From assembly GCA_950097015.1 (NCBI GenBank), contig CATNEN010000008.1:3906001-3970000 (forward strand): a DNA stretch of 64,000 nucleotides, written 5' to 3'. The stretch's first letter is position 1. Each line of letters begins with the position of its first letter. Source of the DNA: Macrostomum hystrix. Lineage: Eukaryota > Animalia > Platyhelminthes. The notes beneath the pieces are model-generated. The model searched no databases, was not told the DNA's origin, and worked only from the letters and a program-made list of their open reading frames with translations. The translations under genes and the position numbers were made by a program. Positions 12,301 through 31,715 of this stretch are shown here, piece by piece.

Positions 12301-15300
12301 CAATGATGCTTCAGTGGGTCATTGCTACCTTCCTCAATGATCCTTCAGTGGGTCATTGCTACCTTCCTCAATGATGCTTTAGTGGGTCATTGCTACCTTC
12401 CTCAATGATGCTTTAGTGGGTCATTGCTACCTTCCTCAATGATGCTTCAATGGGTCATTGCTACCTTCCTCAATGATGCTTCAGTGGGTCATTGCTACCT
12501 TCCTCAATGATCCTTCAGTGGGTCATTGCTACCTTCCACAATGATCCTTCAGTGGGTCATTGCTACCTTCCACAATGATCCTTCAGTGGGTCATTGCTAC
12601 CTTGCACAGTGATGCTTCAGTGGGTCATTGCTACAGCGTAACCATAGGTAACTATAATGGTTTTCAGCCCGCCCATTTAGCAGAGCCAGGTCTCATTAAC
12701 TTGCAATCGATTTAAGCTAATCAGTAAGCACCTGCACAATCAACTGCCAGGAACACTATTAAAAGCTTTGTCACATTTTGCTTTTTCTCTACAGTGGACA
12801 AGAATACATATGACTGATTAGGAAATTTGTGAAGAAAACATTCTAACATCCTTCGCCGAAAAAAGCCAGTCAAGCATTTTTCTGTTCATAGAGAGGCAGA
12901 GAATTAAACAGCTGAGGCATCATTTAGACAATAGCGCTTTCATGCAATGCTTCTCCTGCAGCTACCTGTAACTCATTGCTTAATCGATACGCTCACAGCT
13001 ATGAATGCTGGTCTTAAATTCTTAATGACCACCTGCTAAGAAATGCAGCAGCACTGAGAGCCAATTAACGGGAGTCCTTGTTCACTGACAGCTCAAGCAT
13101 TGTGGCTGTTAAAACTGCTTTTTTAAGAAAAAAACACACTTTTCTTTTGAGTCACAGGCTAGGCTCATGTTTTGCTGCTTGTTTAACTGAAGCTACTGGC
13201 AATTGCTTCAGTCCCCAGAAACAGGAGGTCGGGAGTTCGGATCTGCCTGCAGGGAAAACTGTCTGTGTCCATTCAGCAAGACACTTAATTTCGGGCGCAG
13301 CCGCGGAGAGAAGGCTTGGGGGCTTGTCGTGTAATTTACGCCCTTTAGGGCCAACCTCCAAGGCACAGTGAGAGTGTACACTGCCTGACGATGAGAAAGT
13401 CAGGGCAGATGTACACACCTGTGTGAGCGTGTGCCTGCGTACAGTATCTGTGTGCGTGTGTGCTCAGGAATCAGCAAAATGGGCAGAATTGCCTCCTCGC
13501 TGGCTGCGGGTCTAGTGTCACCAAATGATGTGTAACTACCCACTGCCCTCCTGCAAATGTTACGAGTATTGTTATTATTATTATCATCAAGTGTGCACTA
13601 ATTCGCGTACTCAGAAAGATGGACTTTTAAACAATAATATTGGCACTTCTCACCTGTGTGCGTCCTCTTGTGAATCTTGAGATTCTCAGATCTGGCAAAC
13701 ACCTTGCCGCAGCCGGGGAACGGACAGGGGAACGGCTTCTCGCCGGTGTGAACCCGGATGTGATTCACCAGCTTGTACTTGGCCTTGAACGGCTTCAGGC
13801 TGCGCACGCATTCCAGCCAGTAGCAGGTGTGGTCCGTCAGCTCCGGACCTGGCGGTTCGTGGGTCGGTCGACTAACTGGTAATGTCTATGGCACTTCTAG
13901 ATTGTTCCATTATTCACTTTATTATCCTCCGATTCTTCTATGGGTTTCCCGAGATTCTTCTATGGGTTTCCCGAGATTCTTCTATGGGTTTCCCGAGATT
14001 CTTCTATGGATTTCCCGAGATTCTTCTATGGGTTTCCCGAGATTCTTCTATGGGTTTCCCGAGATTCTTCTATGGGTTTCCCGAGATTCTTCTATGGGTT
14101 TCCCGAGATTCTTCTATGGGTTTCCCGAGATTCTTCTATGGGTTTCCCGAGATTCTTCTATGGGTTTTCGTTTACCGTGATTCTTCATTCAGTGGGGTGT
14201 CGCCTCATTATTGAATAGCGCTCCTTTGTCCACTGATAGCGTCAGGGGTACTAGCTCAAATGGTAGAGCGCTCGCTTAGCATGCGAGAGGTACAGGGATC
14301 GATGCCCTGGTACTCCAGAATTATTTTCCTTTTTTTCTAAACGCAAATGTTTGGCGAATGAAATTATCGAGCAAGATCTCGTTATTTGAAATCAAAAAGC
14401 TGTTTTATAAAGTAGAACAATCAATGCTTAAACCTTTATAACTACAATTGAAAGAACTACTTTACTCGTATTATTATTTCAAGAAAAAATCTGATTTTCT
14501 GAACATATCGGTAATGATTAAGAATGCTATGGCCTCAATAACCCCAGGGACTACTAAATACCCACAGTGAATACATAAGCTACAAATAAAACCAAAGTAC
14601 AATTGTTTGTTATTTTACGAACTGAACTAAGCTTTTTCTACACATATCGGCTACCGGAAGAGCCTGACTTACCACCAACATGGTCCACAGTGATGTGAGC
14701 CACAATGTCGTGAATTGTGGCGAATAGGCGACCGCATGTTCTGCCGAATCGCTCCAGCCACAGGCAGCGATAATCACCACTGTGCAGATGAAGAAGCTGC
14801 TGCTGCTGCTGCTGCTGCGGGTAGTGATGCTGGTACTGGTGATGCTGATAATGTCCGTGATTCTGCGCAGGCGATTGCTTAGCAAAGCAGCCGGCCTGTT
14901 GCTGCAGGTAGGCCCGGTAGAGGGCGGGTCCGTATGCGGCTGACAGCTGGTTGAGGTGGCCGAAGCTGGCGGCAAAACTGCCGGGGTAATACTGATGGTG
15001 ATACTGCTGCTGCTGCTGCTGCTGCTGCTGGAGCTCGTGAGAATGCACCGCCTGGCAGGAGTGCAGCTCATGCGGCAGAGGCTGCTGCTGTTGCTGCTGC
15101 AGACGCTCTTCAGCAGTTGAATGATCCAAGACTGTCGTGAGCTGGTCAGAGGCGAGGACTGCCGAGAATTGCTGACTTGGCTGCTGCTGCTGCTGCTGCT
15201 GCTGCTGATTTCGCTGCATGAAGAAGTCTTTCCTTGGCGAATTATTTCCAGCGTTGAATTGCTGATGATGATGATGCTGCTGCTGCTGCTGCTGCTGCTG

Positions 15301-15351
15301 CTTGTAATGCATATCAGCAGTGCCAATGTGGCTGGCATACTGGCTCAACAT
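9395..15351 (-). CDS. zic: Zic/odd-paired family C2H2 zinc-finger transcription factor
   Basis: Exons (-): 15351-14673, 13848-13654, 9900-9395. ZF1 [32 protein letters not shown]; ZF2-3 [47 protein letters not shown]; ZF4-5 [28 protein letters not shown]...[18 protein letters not shown]. The phase-1 intron at HTG/EKP is the typical Zic position. Poly-Q N-terminus, poly-A/poly-Q C-terminus. Confidence 0.96.
9953..10782. repeat. About 23-bp minisatellite, Zic intron 2
   Basis: Unit gagattagattggaatagactgt. Confidence 0.9.
11300..12633. repeat. 33/36-bp minisatellite, Zic intron 2
   Basis: Unit cagtgggtcattgctaccttcctcaatgat(c/g)ctt, about 40 copies. Confidence 0.95.
13190..13585 (+). mobile_element. 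SINE family B body with a family-A-like head and CORE-like segment, in Zic intron 2
   Basis: Shares the body ggcgcagccgcggagagaaggcttgggggcttgtcgtg...gcctgacgatgagaaagtcagggcagatgtacacacctgtgtgagc with 29545-29800; ends in an (ATT)n tail. Confidence 0.75.
13930..14166. repeat. 22-bp minisatellite, Zic intron 1
   Basis: Unit gagattcttctatgggtttccc, about 10 copies, ending about 80 bp before the tRNA-Ala. Confidence 0.95.
14245..14317 (+). tRNA. tRNA-Ala-AGC: tRNA-Ala (anticodon AGC), antisense within Zic intron 1
   Basis: 73 nt, GGGGTACTAGCTCAAATGGTAGAGCGCTCGCTTAGCATGCGAGAGGTACAGGGATCGATGCCCTGGTACTCCA. Acceptor stem GGGGTAC/GTACTCC has the G3:U70 alanine identity pair; D arm, anticodon arm and T arm pair; a T-run Pol III terminator follows about 10 nt downstream. 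Confidence 0.95.
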
Positions 15352-16098
15352 TGCTAATGGTTTACAGCTCTGATTCAGATCAACAGGTTCAAATGTTACT
15401 CAGTTATTCAGTTCTAAAGTAATGACACCTTCTATTTTAGACTCTAAATTTAGCAGCCTGTGCGAGGCGGAGATGAGGGGAAACTGTGTAAGGCGGTCCG
15501 CAATCCCATTGGCCGGTGGGACATTGTGCCAATGGGGATGCGATGCGGTCGGATTCGGGGAAGACCCTGGGGGGGTATTTCAAATACTCATAATTATTTG
15601 TTTCTAACGGGCTAAAATTTTCCGCTCTATTCGATAAAACAATTTCCAGAATGACAAAACATCGGCATCGTCAAGATATTCAACGAGGATTCTCGTCGGG
15701 GTGTCTGGTGGCAAAAACCAAAAAAAAAAACTGCTTTAAAATTTAGTTCATCGTAAAGGACGAATTTTTTTATTCAGATGGTGGACTTTCACGAAAATCG
15801 GTCATTCAGTTTGGGAGCTATTGTTAAGCAGGCAGTGGGTATTAGAAATTTCCACGCGGTCTTTCCCCAGGGGGGAAACTAGAGTGGTCCTTAGAACCAC
15901 TGTTACGGCATCCTGACCTGATGCATAGAAATCAGCAATGCTGGAATATTCTAGATTTCTCTGCCTGATACGCCAGAGACGCTTTATGCAATGAAACACT
16001 CCAAGATCAGAAACTCAGAAACACATGAGAAACTGTTTGACCCACTGTGACGACTGAGAAACTGAGTGACCCTATAATACTCAATGACTTGAGACACC

Positions 16099-17112
16099 AG
16101 GTGTAATGATTGACAGACTGAATGACAAGGTGTAATGATTGACAGACTGAATGACAAGGTGTAATGATTGACAGACTGAATGACAAGGTGTAATGATTGA
16201 CAAGACTAAATAAAAGGTGTAATGATTGACAAGACTAAATAAAAAGTGTAATGACTGACAAGACTAAATAAAAAGTGTAATGACTGACAAGACTAAATAA
16301 AAAGTTGTAATGACTGACAGACTGAATGACAAGGTGTAATGATTGACAGACTGAATCACAAGGTGTAATGATTGACAGACTGAACGAAAAGGTGTAATGA
16401 TTGACAGACTGAATGAACACGTGTAATGACTGACAGACTAAATAAAAAGTGTAATGACTGACAGACTGAATCACAAGGTGTAATGATTGACAGACTGAAT
16501 GACAAGGTGTAATGATTGACAGACTAAATAAAAATGTTTAATGACCGACAGACTGAATGAACAGGTGTAATGATTGACAGACTGAATGACAAGGTGTAAT
16601 GATTGACAGACTGAATGACAAGGTGTAATGATTGACAAGACTAAATAAAAGGTGTAATGATTGACAAGACTAAATAAAAAGTGTAATGACTGACAAGACT
16701 AAATAAAAAGTGTAATGACTGACAAGACTAAATAAAAAGTGTAATGATTGACAAGACTAAATAAAAAGTGTAATGACTGACAAGACTAAATAAAAAGTGT
16801 AATGACTGACAAGACTAAATAAAAAGTGTAATGACTGACAAGACTAAATAAAAAGTGTAATGACTGACAAGACTAAATAAAAAGTGTAATGACTGACAAG
16901 ACTAAATAAAAAGTGTAATGACTGACAAGACTAAATAAAAAGTGTAATGATTGACAAGACTAAATAAAAAGTGTAATGATTGACAGACTAAATAAAAATG
17001 TTTAATGACCGACAGACTGAATGAACAGGTGTAATGATTGACAGACTGAATGAACAGGTGTAATGATTGACAGACTGAATGAACAGGTGTAATGATTGAT
17101 AGACTGAATGAG
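16099..17112. repeat. About 29-30-bp minisatellite between Zic and GCDH
   Basis: Two unit variants, gtgtaatgattgacagactgaatgacaag and gtgtaatgactgacaagactaaataaaaa, arranged in blocks. Confidence 0.9.
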
Positions 17113-18505
17113 GTGTATTTAATGACCTGTCGTCATACTTGCACCGTTAGTTTGCAGGAGTGGCTCTTCTCCTCCAATGCATACAGACTTATACAAGTTA
17201 CTTGAACAACGCTTCTAAATACCTGGTATAGTTTGTGCAAAAACTTTTTACGCTTTTTGCGAAGAAAAACATCCAGATGCTCCGCAGACAGCAGCAGCAC
17301 TCCACTAGGGAATATACAAACCTTAAGTTGTCAACATTTTTGTTAGTCACCCGTCGTGGTGAGTGAAAGTTTTCCGCTATGATCGTCTCGATTTGTTATA
17401 ATACGGACTATACGGAACAGCTGCAATCATTATATTTGGCTCGCAAAAGCACATCACTCAATGTCCACTTATTTCTACGTGCCCTCATTCCCGTGCCTGT
17501 CGCCAGCCATGCTATATACCTGTCAATCATTGTCACTCAAGAGTTGACTCGAAAGAAATAGAGTGTGGGCGTCAGGACAGAATACTATTAATGATGCTAG
17601 ATACCTTTGTGGACAAAATAAGTTAAAAAACATTATGCAACTTCACATAAAGTTTTTGCGTGACCCATTATATACTATTTGACAAGATTTCGTCAAGATT
17701 ATTGTCTATTGTTACACTGACGAGCTCAAATTACGCTCGTAATTAATTTAATTTTTGACAGTGGCTTAACTGTCTTCATTTCATCTGTCCATGACTTCTG
17801 TCTGCCTGTCTTCATTTCATCTGTCCATGACTTTTCTGTCTGTCTGTCTGTCTTCATTTCATCTGTCCATGACTTTTCTGTCTGTCTGTCTGTCTTCATT
17901 TCGTCTGTCCATGACTTTTATCTGTCAAAGACTAGAAAAGCAAAATAGACAAAGAATTTAGTTAGCTTTATGCAACCAACAAATGATAGCGAAACACCAA
18001 TATAAAATCTATAGATAATTAATTGTATTTCAATGTACTTGAGAAGTTGCAGCACAATGAATGGCAACAATGAGACCAGAAACTAGAAATATTATTGAAG
18101 AGGAAAAAGTAGTAACTTGCTGATTAATAGGTACTTAGATACTGATAAAACTGAAGTCTGTAGTACTGTCAGTCTGTAGTACTCAATCTCTATCTTGACT
18201 TTTCTAGTCTTAGCCATAACCAGGGTGCAAAATCAAAGCAAGAAACATGTTCAGTTACTAATAAAATGAATACTGCTTAAATTATCTCGAGCATTTGACT
18301 CTCACTGAACAAATTCACGTGCAAAATAGCGAAAAACTCTATTTATACTACTATTACTGTTTTGACGCATCAGTAGGATATTAAAATTGCCGCGACTAAA
18401 AAATGTAAAATAACTCTTAACAAGTTTTCTGAGCTACTGCCTAGTAGTATATTCTATTGGCCAGCGAATCGGTTTTATTCAATGTTGAGAACGAAAACCG
18501 CAGTT

Positions 18506-25062
<6,557 letters not shown>

Positions 25063-26363
25063 TTAAGAGCTAAAGAAAACCCAAAGTGTCAATCAAAAAC
25101 GTTTACAGATAAATAAGTTCTCAAATCAATTATATAGTAGTAAATAGGGTACTCCACTACAGTGAGTGAGAAGATATAGAGTTTTGTAGATTTCGTGGAA
25201 ATAAATCGCGACATTTAAAGGAACTTATTTATCACAACAAACAATTATTGATTTTACAGAACGAAGTCATTTCAGTTTTTTTCAAATCAGGAAATGAGTT
25301 TAATTAATACTTATCTTGCTTATTTACATGTCTTTTTTAAGGTGTACAATCCGGCCAGAAAGTTGTACGGAGTATTGTACTTGTACTGATTGTATTTTAT
25401 AGCTGACGGAACTGCCTTTCATCCAGAGTTTGCGTTATGTTCTCTTCCTTACTTTTATCATAATTTATAATTTTTCTAATCCAGTTCTAATTGCGATTCG
25501 CTGCACTTCTATTATGTTTGGCTTATATCTTATTTCAGCTCATAGACTCTTTTCATCTGGCACGCCCCTTCGTTATTCACAAATTGCAGTATATGTTTTA
25601 TTTCCTTCTAACAGTCACAATGTTTCATTAGTCCAAATTTAGTTCCACTAAAGTTTCTGCCCACCAATCGATTTAAGGAACAGCTCTAATTATAACATGC
25701 GAGTTAGATCCATCTATGCAGAGCACTAAATTGACTTTAAGCAATTTAAACATGTTGATATAATTTTCTTAGGCTGGTCATGGGTGCACCGTCCTTATAC
25801 TTTCTTTTATGAAAAGGGACACCAAAGTCAAGAGACATCGGTACAGCTTGCATTGTTTGCACTACAGAAAAGTGCTTAATAAAGACCAAAAAATACAGCA
25901 ACCCTCCGTGGCGTGGTCAAATATACTCGTATATTTCAAGTCGGCAAATTTCATTCAGTTTTCATAATTTAGAAATACCTTTTGGAAGCTCGTAACTCGC
26001 GTCGAAAAAATGACGATCTGACTACGGCAAAACAACAAAGGCCGATATAAGTTTAGCACTGCGAGACAGTACAAAAAAGCTATATAGAAGTGCAGTAAAA
26101 CCATTCGCCGGACAAGGAAAGACAAAAGAGGAAAAAGCAAGGCTTTAAAAAGAGCAAGCCAAAAAGTTAGTATTTAAGTACATAAAACATCACTCCATTC
26201 AAAGAAAAAGCAAGAGAAAAAGCACAAAAATATTTAAATAAATAATATATAAACTTTGATCACCAAGAGGACAAAATGACAAGAGGTTAAAATATAAATT
26301 ATTTATAGACAGGAAAAAACGGAATTCGCAAGAATCTAGCGCACGTCTCCAGCAAATCAAGCA

Positions 26364-29300
26364 TTACTTCGCTCCATCGTCAGCGTCTGACAGCGACGGC
26401 GTGGATATCGACATTGACGAGTCGTCATCATCATCACCATTGAAAGCTGACTCCTCAGCCTCCTGAATCTCCAGGCCGACAGCGTGGGCCCGAAATTGCA
26501 CCCGAGACTCGAGGCAGACGCCCCGGGCGGCCGACCGGCAGCTGTCGAGGCATCGCCGAGCGGACCGCTTGTCGCCCTGGCTGGCGCGCAATCGGGCCAA
26601 CTCCAGCCAGGCCCAGGCGGTCACGTGACGATCGCGCACTTTGCCAAGCCGGCCCTCTGTCACCTGCAGCAGGCACTGCTCCGCCTGTGTTTCTCGCTTC
26701 AATTCGGCCATGCAGGCGCCCTTCAACAGCAGCACCAAGGCCAGATCGTCGGCAGTTGTCGAGTCGGCAGCATCGGCGCCCGCAGCATCAACTAAGCGAT
26801 CGATTTCGTCTGAGGCGGCCTGAACGTCGGCCAAATGGCCGGCCAGGGATTCTGGATCTCGGCCAACTGCCGGCAGGCCGTTCCAAGCGTAGACCAACTC
26901 AAGGCCTGGCAGGATTAGCCTGACCCGGGGGTGTCTAGTTTGATTTTCGGCATTATTTCCTGCGCCATCTACTGTTGGATTCTGAGATTCTGTTGCATTT
27001 TCAGCATCGCATGCAGTCGAGGCTGCTGACAGTTTGCGCACGAAGCGTGCAGCCCTCAGCGCGGCCAATCGTTCAACAGGCAAATTGGGCACGCCGCCAC
27101 CGCAGCACAGAGTGTCGGAGACTTCCTTCATTAGCCGTGCCACTTCCGGGTCGTCAACTGCGCCGCTCTGATAAATAAAAGCCGCGCGCTGATAGAGAAC
27201 AGTGGCCCTACTCCAGCGGGTCTGGCCGGACAGCTCCAGGGCGCAGCAGGCAGCCTCGCGCCACCGGCCAGCGTAGGCCATGGCCCACATCAGCTCCCAG
27301 CGACACAGCTGGCGCAGCTGCGGCCACTCAGCCTGAACTGAGAGGCTGCGCTCGAACGACTCGGCGGCCTGGCGGGCGCGACCGCTCAGCAGGTGGTGTC
27401 GGCCCTGCATGCATGGGCGGTGAATAATAATAATATTTGCAGGAGGGCTGCGGGCTACGAGACATCATTTGGGGACAGTTGACCCGCAGACAGCGAGGAG
27501 GCAATTCTGTCTCCTGAGCACACGCTCACACAGGTGTGTGCATCGGCTCAAAGAGTCGATTCAAAGAGACCAGAAGGTGTGATGCAGCTAGTCAATTCAA
27601 AGAGACCAGAAGGTGTGATGCAGCTAGTCGATTCAAAGAGACCAGAAGGTGTGATGCAGCTAGTCGATTCAAAGAGACCAGAAGGTGTGATGCAGCTAGT
27701 CGATTCAAAGAGACCAGAAGGTGTGATGCAGCTAGTCAATTCAAAGAGACCAGAAGGTGTGATGCAGCTAGTCGATTCAAAGAGACCAGAAGGTGTGATG
27801 CAGCTAGTCGATTCAAAGAGACCAGAAGGTGTGATGCAGCTAGTCGATTCAAAGAGACCAGAAGGTGTGATGCAGCTAGTCAATTCAAAGAGACCAGAAG
27901 GTGTGATGCAGCTAGTCGATTCAAAGAGACCAGAAGGTGTGATGCAGCTAGTCGATTCAAAGAGACCAGAAGGTGTGATGCAGCTAGTCGATTCAAAGAG
28001 ACCAGAAGGTGTGATGCAGCTAGTCGATTCAAAGAGACCAGAAGGTGTGATGCAGCTAGTCGATTCAAAGAGACCAGAAGGTGTGATGCAGCTAGTCGAT
28101 TCAAAGAGACCAGAAGGTGTGATGCAGCTAGTCGATTCAAAGAGACCAGAAGGTGTGATGCAGCTAGTCGATTCAAAGAGACCAGAAGGTGTGATGCAGC
28201 TAGTCGATTCAAAGAGACCAGAAGGTGTGATGCAGCTAGTCGATTCAAAGAGACCAGAAGGTGTGATGCAGCTAGTCGATTCAAAGAGACCAGAAGGTGT
28301 GATGCAGCTAGTCGATTCAAAGAGACCAGAAGGTGTGATGCAGCTAGTCGATTCAAAGAGACCAGAAGGTGTGATGCAGCTAGTCGATTAAAAGAGATCG
28401 AAAATCAGAGGTCTGACCAGCTCAAAAGATCACCTCAAAGTAGAGAAACAGAGCTCCGTCAGGATACCGCTGTAGGCAGGGCTGGAGCAGTCTGTCAACA
28501 GCTTGGAGATCCACAGAGCCCAGCACGTGCGTAAACGAGGTGTGATAGGCCAGTAGCAGGACTCGAACCAGCGGGGCGCGCAGGCTGCCATCCATGCTGG
28601 CCGCGGTGCGGAGCTGGCGGAGGCCGCGTCTCCGGTTGCCGCTGAAGCCAACGAACTGCAGCAGACGGAGCAGGGCCGTTGGGAGCAGGCTCAGCAGCAG
28701 ATTGAAAGCGCCGTCGCCCAGTCTGTTACGAAGAGGCAAGCGTAGGTGTAAGGCAGGTAGGCAAGTGGACTTATAGCGGACTCGCGGGTACACACCTGGC
28801 TCCGCTCTCAAAGTGCATGCGCAGCTCCGGGCAGCCCCAGGCCCGCTTGCGCAGGAGGCGCCAGCACAGCCGGTAGGCCCGATAGCAGTCGCGTATTTTC
28901 AGGCCGCCTCGAACGAAGCCCATGAGGCTCTCGTCCTGGGCGAAGGTGAGTACAGCCTTCTCTAATAGCAGCTCGGCGTAGCACAGCTCGGCGTGACACT
29001 GCTCGTCGGTGAAGTCGCCTGGCTTCAGCAGGAGCGACGCCGCCGCAGCCAGGCCGTGACGCGGTCGACGGTGGCGCTGGCAGACACGCAGGGCTCGCTT
29101 GGTTGCGTCAACGGCTCGATGGATGTCGGCCTGCTCCAGGGTCATGGAGGCCTGCATGTAGCAGATTGTGGAGCAGCTCAGGCTGTGGTACATGGATGAC
29201 TCCGCTCTGTTGGATGGGATTATCGTTGTGGCTCAGCGTTAGTTTTGCGTTTTACGGGCTACTCGCAGGAGGCCAAGACAACGGGTCGTACCATAAAGCT

Positions 29301-30110
29301 CTCCCAAGATTGGGGTTGACAAATGACTAAGTATGAGCTTAGTGATACGCAAAATTTATAGAACAGAATTGATAGAACAGGCACATTGTCTATCTATATA
29401 TTGTGAGGCGGTTCTCTCGTTAATGTGCTTACGTAAGCACAAATCCTTAAAAGTCTTCAAGCTGAAGCAGATGGGCCTACATAGTTTGACAAATTCAAGC
29501 ATTTCTGTCGTTATTTTATTTTTATAGATACAATGTTATATAAAAGTTGAGTGGCAGAGCGTTTGCCTCTCGCACCAAGGTCCCCGAGCTCGATTCCACG
29601 GCGCGGCCACATTTATTTGGGGCGCAGCCGCGGAGAGAAGGCTTGGGGGCTTGTCGTGCAATTTACACCACTGAGGGCCAACCTTCAAGGCACAGTGAAG
29701 TGTACACTGCCTGACGATGAGAAAGTCAGGGCAGATGTACACACCTGTGTGAGCGTGTGCCTGCGTACAGTATCTACAGGTGTGTGTGGTCTCAGGAGTC
29801 AGCTCAGGAGTTAGCAATGTACCATTAGCCCTCCTGAAATTATTATTATTAATATTACGATCTATAAACGTATTCTTAAATAAGCCACCTATGCAATTCA
29901 ATAAGCGAGTAGATTAAAGGCTTAAAAAGCATAAATCAGTCTCACTGTGGCTCCATCATTGCGCGCGCAGTCTCAAACTGGTTGCCTAGAAACATGTCCA
30001 GCGCCTTCTGGGCCTCGCCAATTGATTCTAGCAGCTTGGCCTGGGGCAGTAGTTCTCCTTGCGGAGTACCAATTTCCTCTTCTAGATCATCAGACACTAG
30101 ATACTGGTTG
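26364..30110 (-). CDS. TTC39: Tetratricopeptide repeat protein 39 family (TTC39/IML2-like)
   Basis: Exons (-): 30110-29946, 29206-28796, 28722-28434, 27404-26364; a possible first mini-exon at 30940-30924 (MDQQL) is uncertain. Motifs ALDMFLGNQF, SSMYHSL, HAELCYAELLLEKAVLTFAQDESLMGFVRGGLKIR, GAFNLLLSLLP..LLRLLQFVGFSGNR, QLRQLCRWELMW, RWSRATVLYQRAAF. Confidence 0.9.
27553..28389. repeat. 36-bp highly homogeneous minisatellite (about 23 copies), TTC39 intron
   Basis: Unit gtcgattcaaagagaccagaaggtgtgatgcagcta. Confidence 0.97.
29545..29800 (+). mobile_element. SINE family B copy in a TTC39 intron
   Basis: Head GAGTGGCAGAGCG...GAGCTCGATTCC plus the family B body, 3'-truncated. Confidence 0.75.
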
Positions 30111-31389
30111 CTGCGTGGGGAAATTTTTATTTAATTTCTATTTTAGGAACTACTTGGAAATTGTAATTTATATGCACTGCACTTACTTGTCATCTGCATC
30201 CTTCAAAACATATTTTCCGGGTTCTTCAGTGGCCTAAAATTTTATAGAAAGGATCAGAAAATCCATGGAAAATTACATCAACACTAATTATAATTAATTG
30301 TGACATCAGCATCGGCTACTTACATCTTGGTCCATTTTATTTTAGTAAATTTGCACACGATTGCCTGAAATATAGTTAGTAATTTTGTAATAAAGGATGA
30401 GATATTTATAAGTTCCAAGTAAGAGAATTTGTGGAAATTAACAAAGTCGAACTTTTTAAGTTTAGACATTTTAATTAATGAAATCAGATTTTCTAATTTA
30501 AACTTGCATTGCCATTAAAAAACAACTTTATGCTAATTTTTTTAGTTAGATAGCTATTCAAAATATACTACAATCAACTGTTGATAAAAAGGGAAATTAT
30601 TTGATCATATAAACTGTCTTGAAATTGAAATAAAAGGCAAAAAGTAGAGGCTATCGCTATAAGTTAGCAACTTAAAAATAATATATAAAGGCTAACCAAA
30701 TATTGTTAGAAACTAAAACTCAGTATAACTAATACATTATACTGAAGTCAAAAAACAATAATAAACAATTCGTCAATCAATACAAAAAACCTAGGTATAT
30801 TTCTGCACATCAAAATAGTTGTAATTAACATGCTGGTATCATCTGAAAATGTTGTTTTTTGAAAAGACCTTGTCCTAGTTTACTATAGTAACTAGCTACT
30901 AATTTATAGTTAAGTTTATGTACTCTAGCTGCTGATCCATTCTGGACGTTGGACAGTGTATCAAAAAATGTATATAGGCATCCTTAAGCTTGTGGTTGTT
31001 ATTATAGAAAGAAGAATAAGAAACCATTATTGTTAAAAAACCACAAAAAAATCTATTCATCTATTATATTCCTCATTGGTAAGAAACAGCCTGGTAATAG
31101 TAGCTCAGATATACTTAATTAAGTAAACACCATAGATTTAAAAATTCACAATTTAGATTTAAAACACCAAAGCTCTTTCTCGTCAATTGGCGAAAGCCTT
31201 AGACACGACGTAAGCAAGGGCGTTGGTTGCCACGATAAAAAGAAAAAGTTTTGAAAATATACGACGTCACAATTACGAAAACTATAACAAAAAAAATATT
31301 TGAACCTCATGAACGAACGTCTAAATAAACGGTCAACACCAATCTAATTTCAAATGCATTGATTTTTGCGGACATCAATTCAGGCGCAT

Positions 31390-31715
31390 CAATAATAACA
31401 ATAATATTTCCAGGAGGGCTACAGCTGCAGTGGTACATTATTTGGTGACAGGGACCCGCAGCCAGCTAGGCCGAGGAGGCCATTCTGCCTATTCCGCTGA
31501 CTCATGAGCACAAGCGCACACATACTGTACGCAGACACACTCACGCTGGTGTGTTCATTTGCCCTGACTTTTTCCTCGTCAGACAGGTAAAACTTTCACG
31601 GTGCCTAGGTTTCTCTCCGCCGCTAGGCACTAAATTGTACGTGGCCTCGCCGCGGAATAAAGCTCGGAGATTGATACGAGAGGCAAGGCGTTAACCGCTC
31701 TGCCACTCACCTCCC
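31390..31715 (-). mobile_element. Diverged SINE family B copy
   Basis: Contains ccgctctgccactcacc (head, reverse complement), gaggaggccattctgcct and ccctgacttt; AAT tail. Further fragments at about 2460-2525, 27420-27545 and 57870-58080. Confidence 0.65.

Noticed and set aside
11300-12633. CRISPR-like appearance of the regular 33/36-bp arrays
   Set aside because: No unique spacers, no cas genes, eukaryotic intron; these are plain tandem repeats.
27534-28534. Long repeat ORFs (VDSKRPEGVMQL)n and (RFKETRRCDAAS)n
   Set aside because: A 36-bp array inside a TTC39 intron, open in several frames on both strands, almost no synonymous variation, and no start or splice context.
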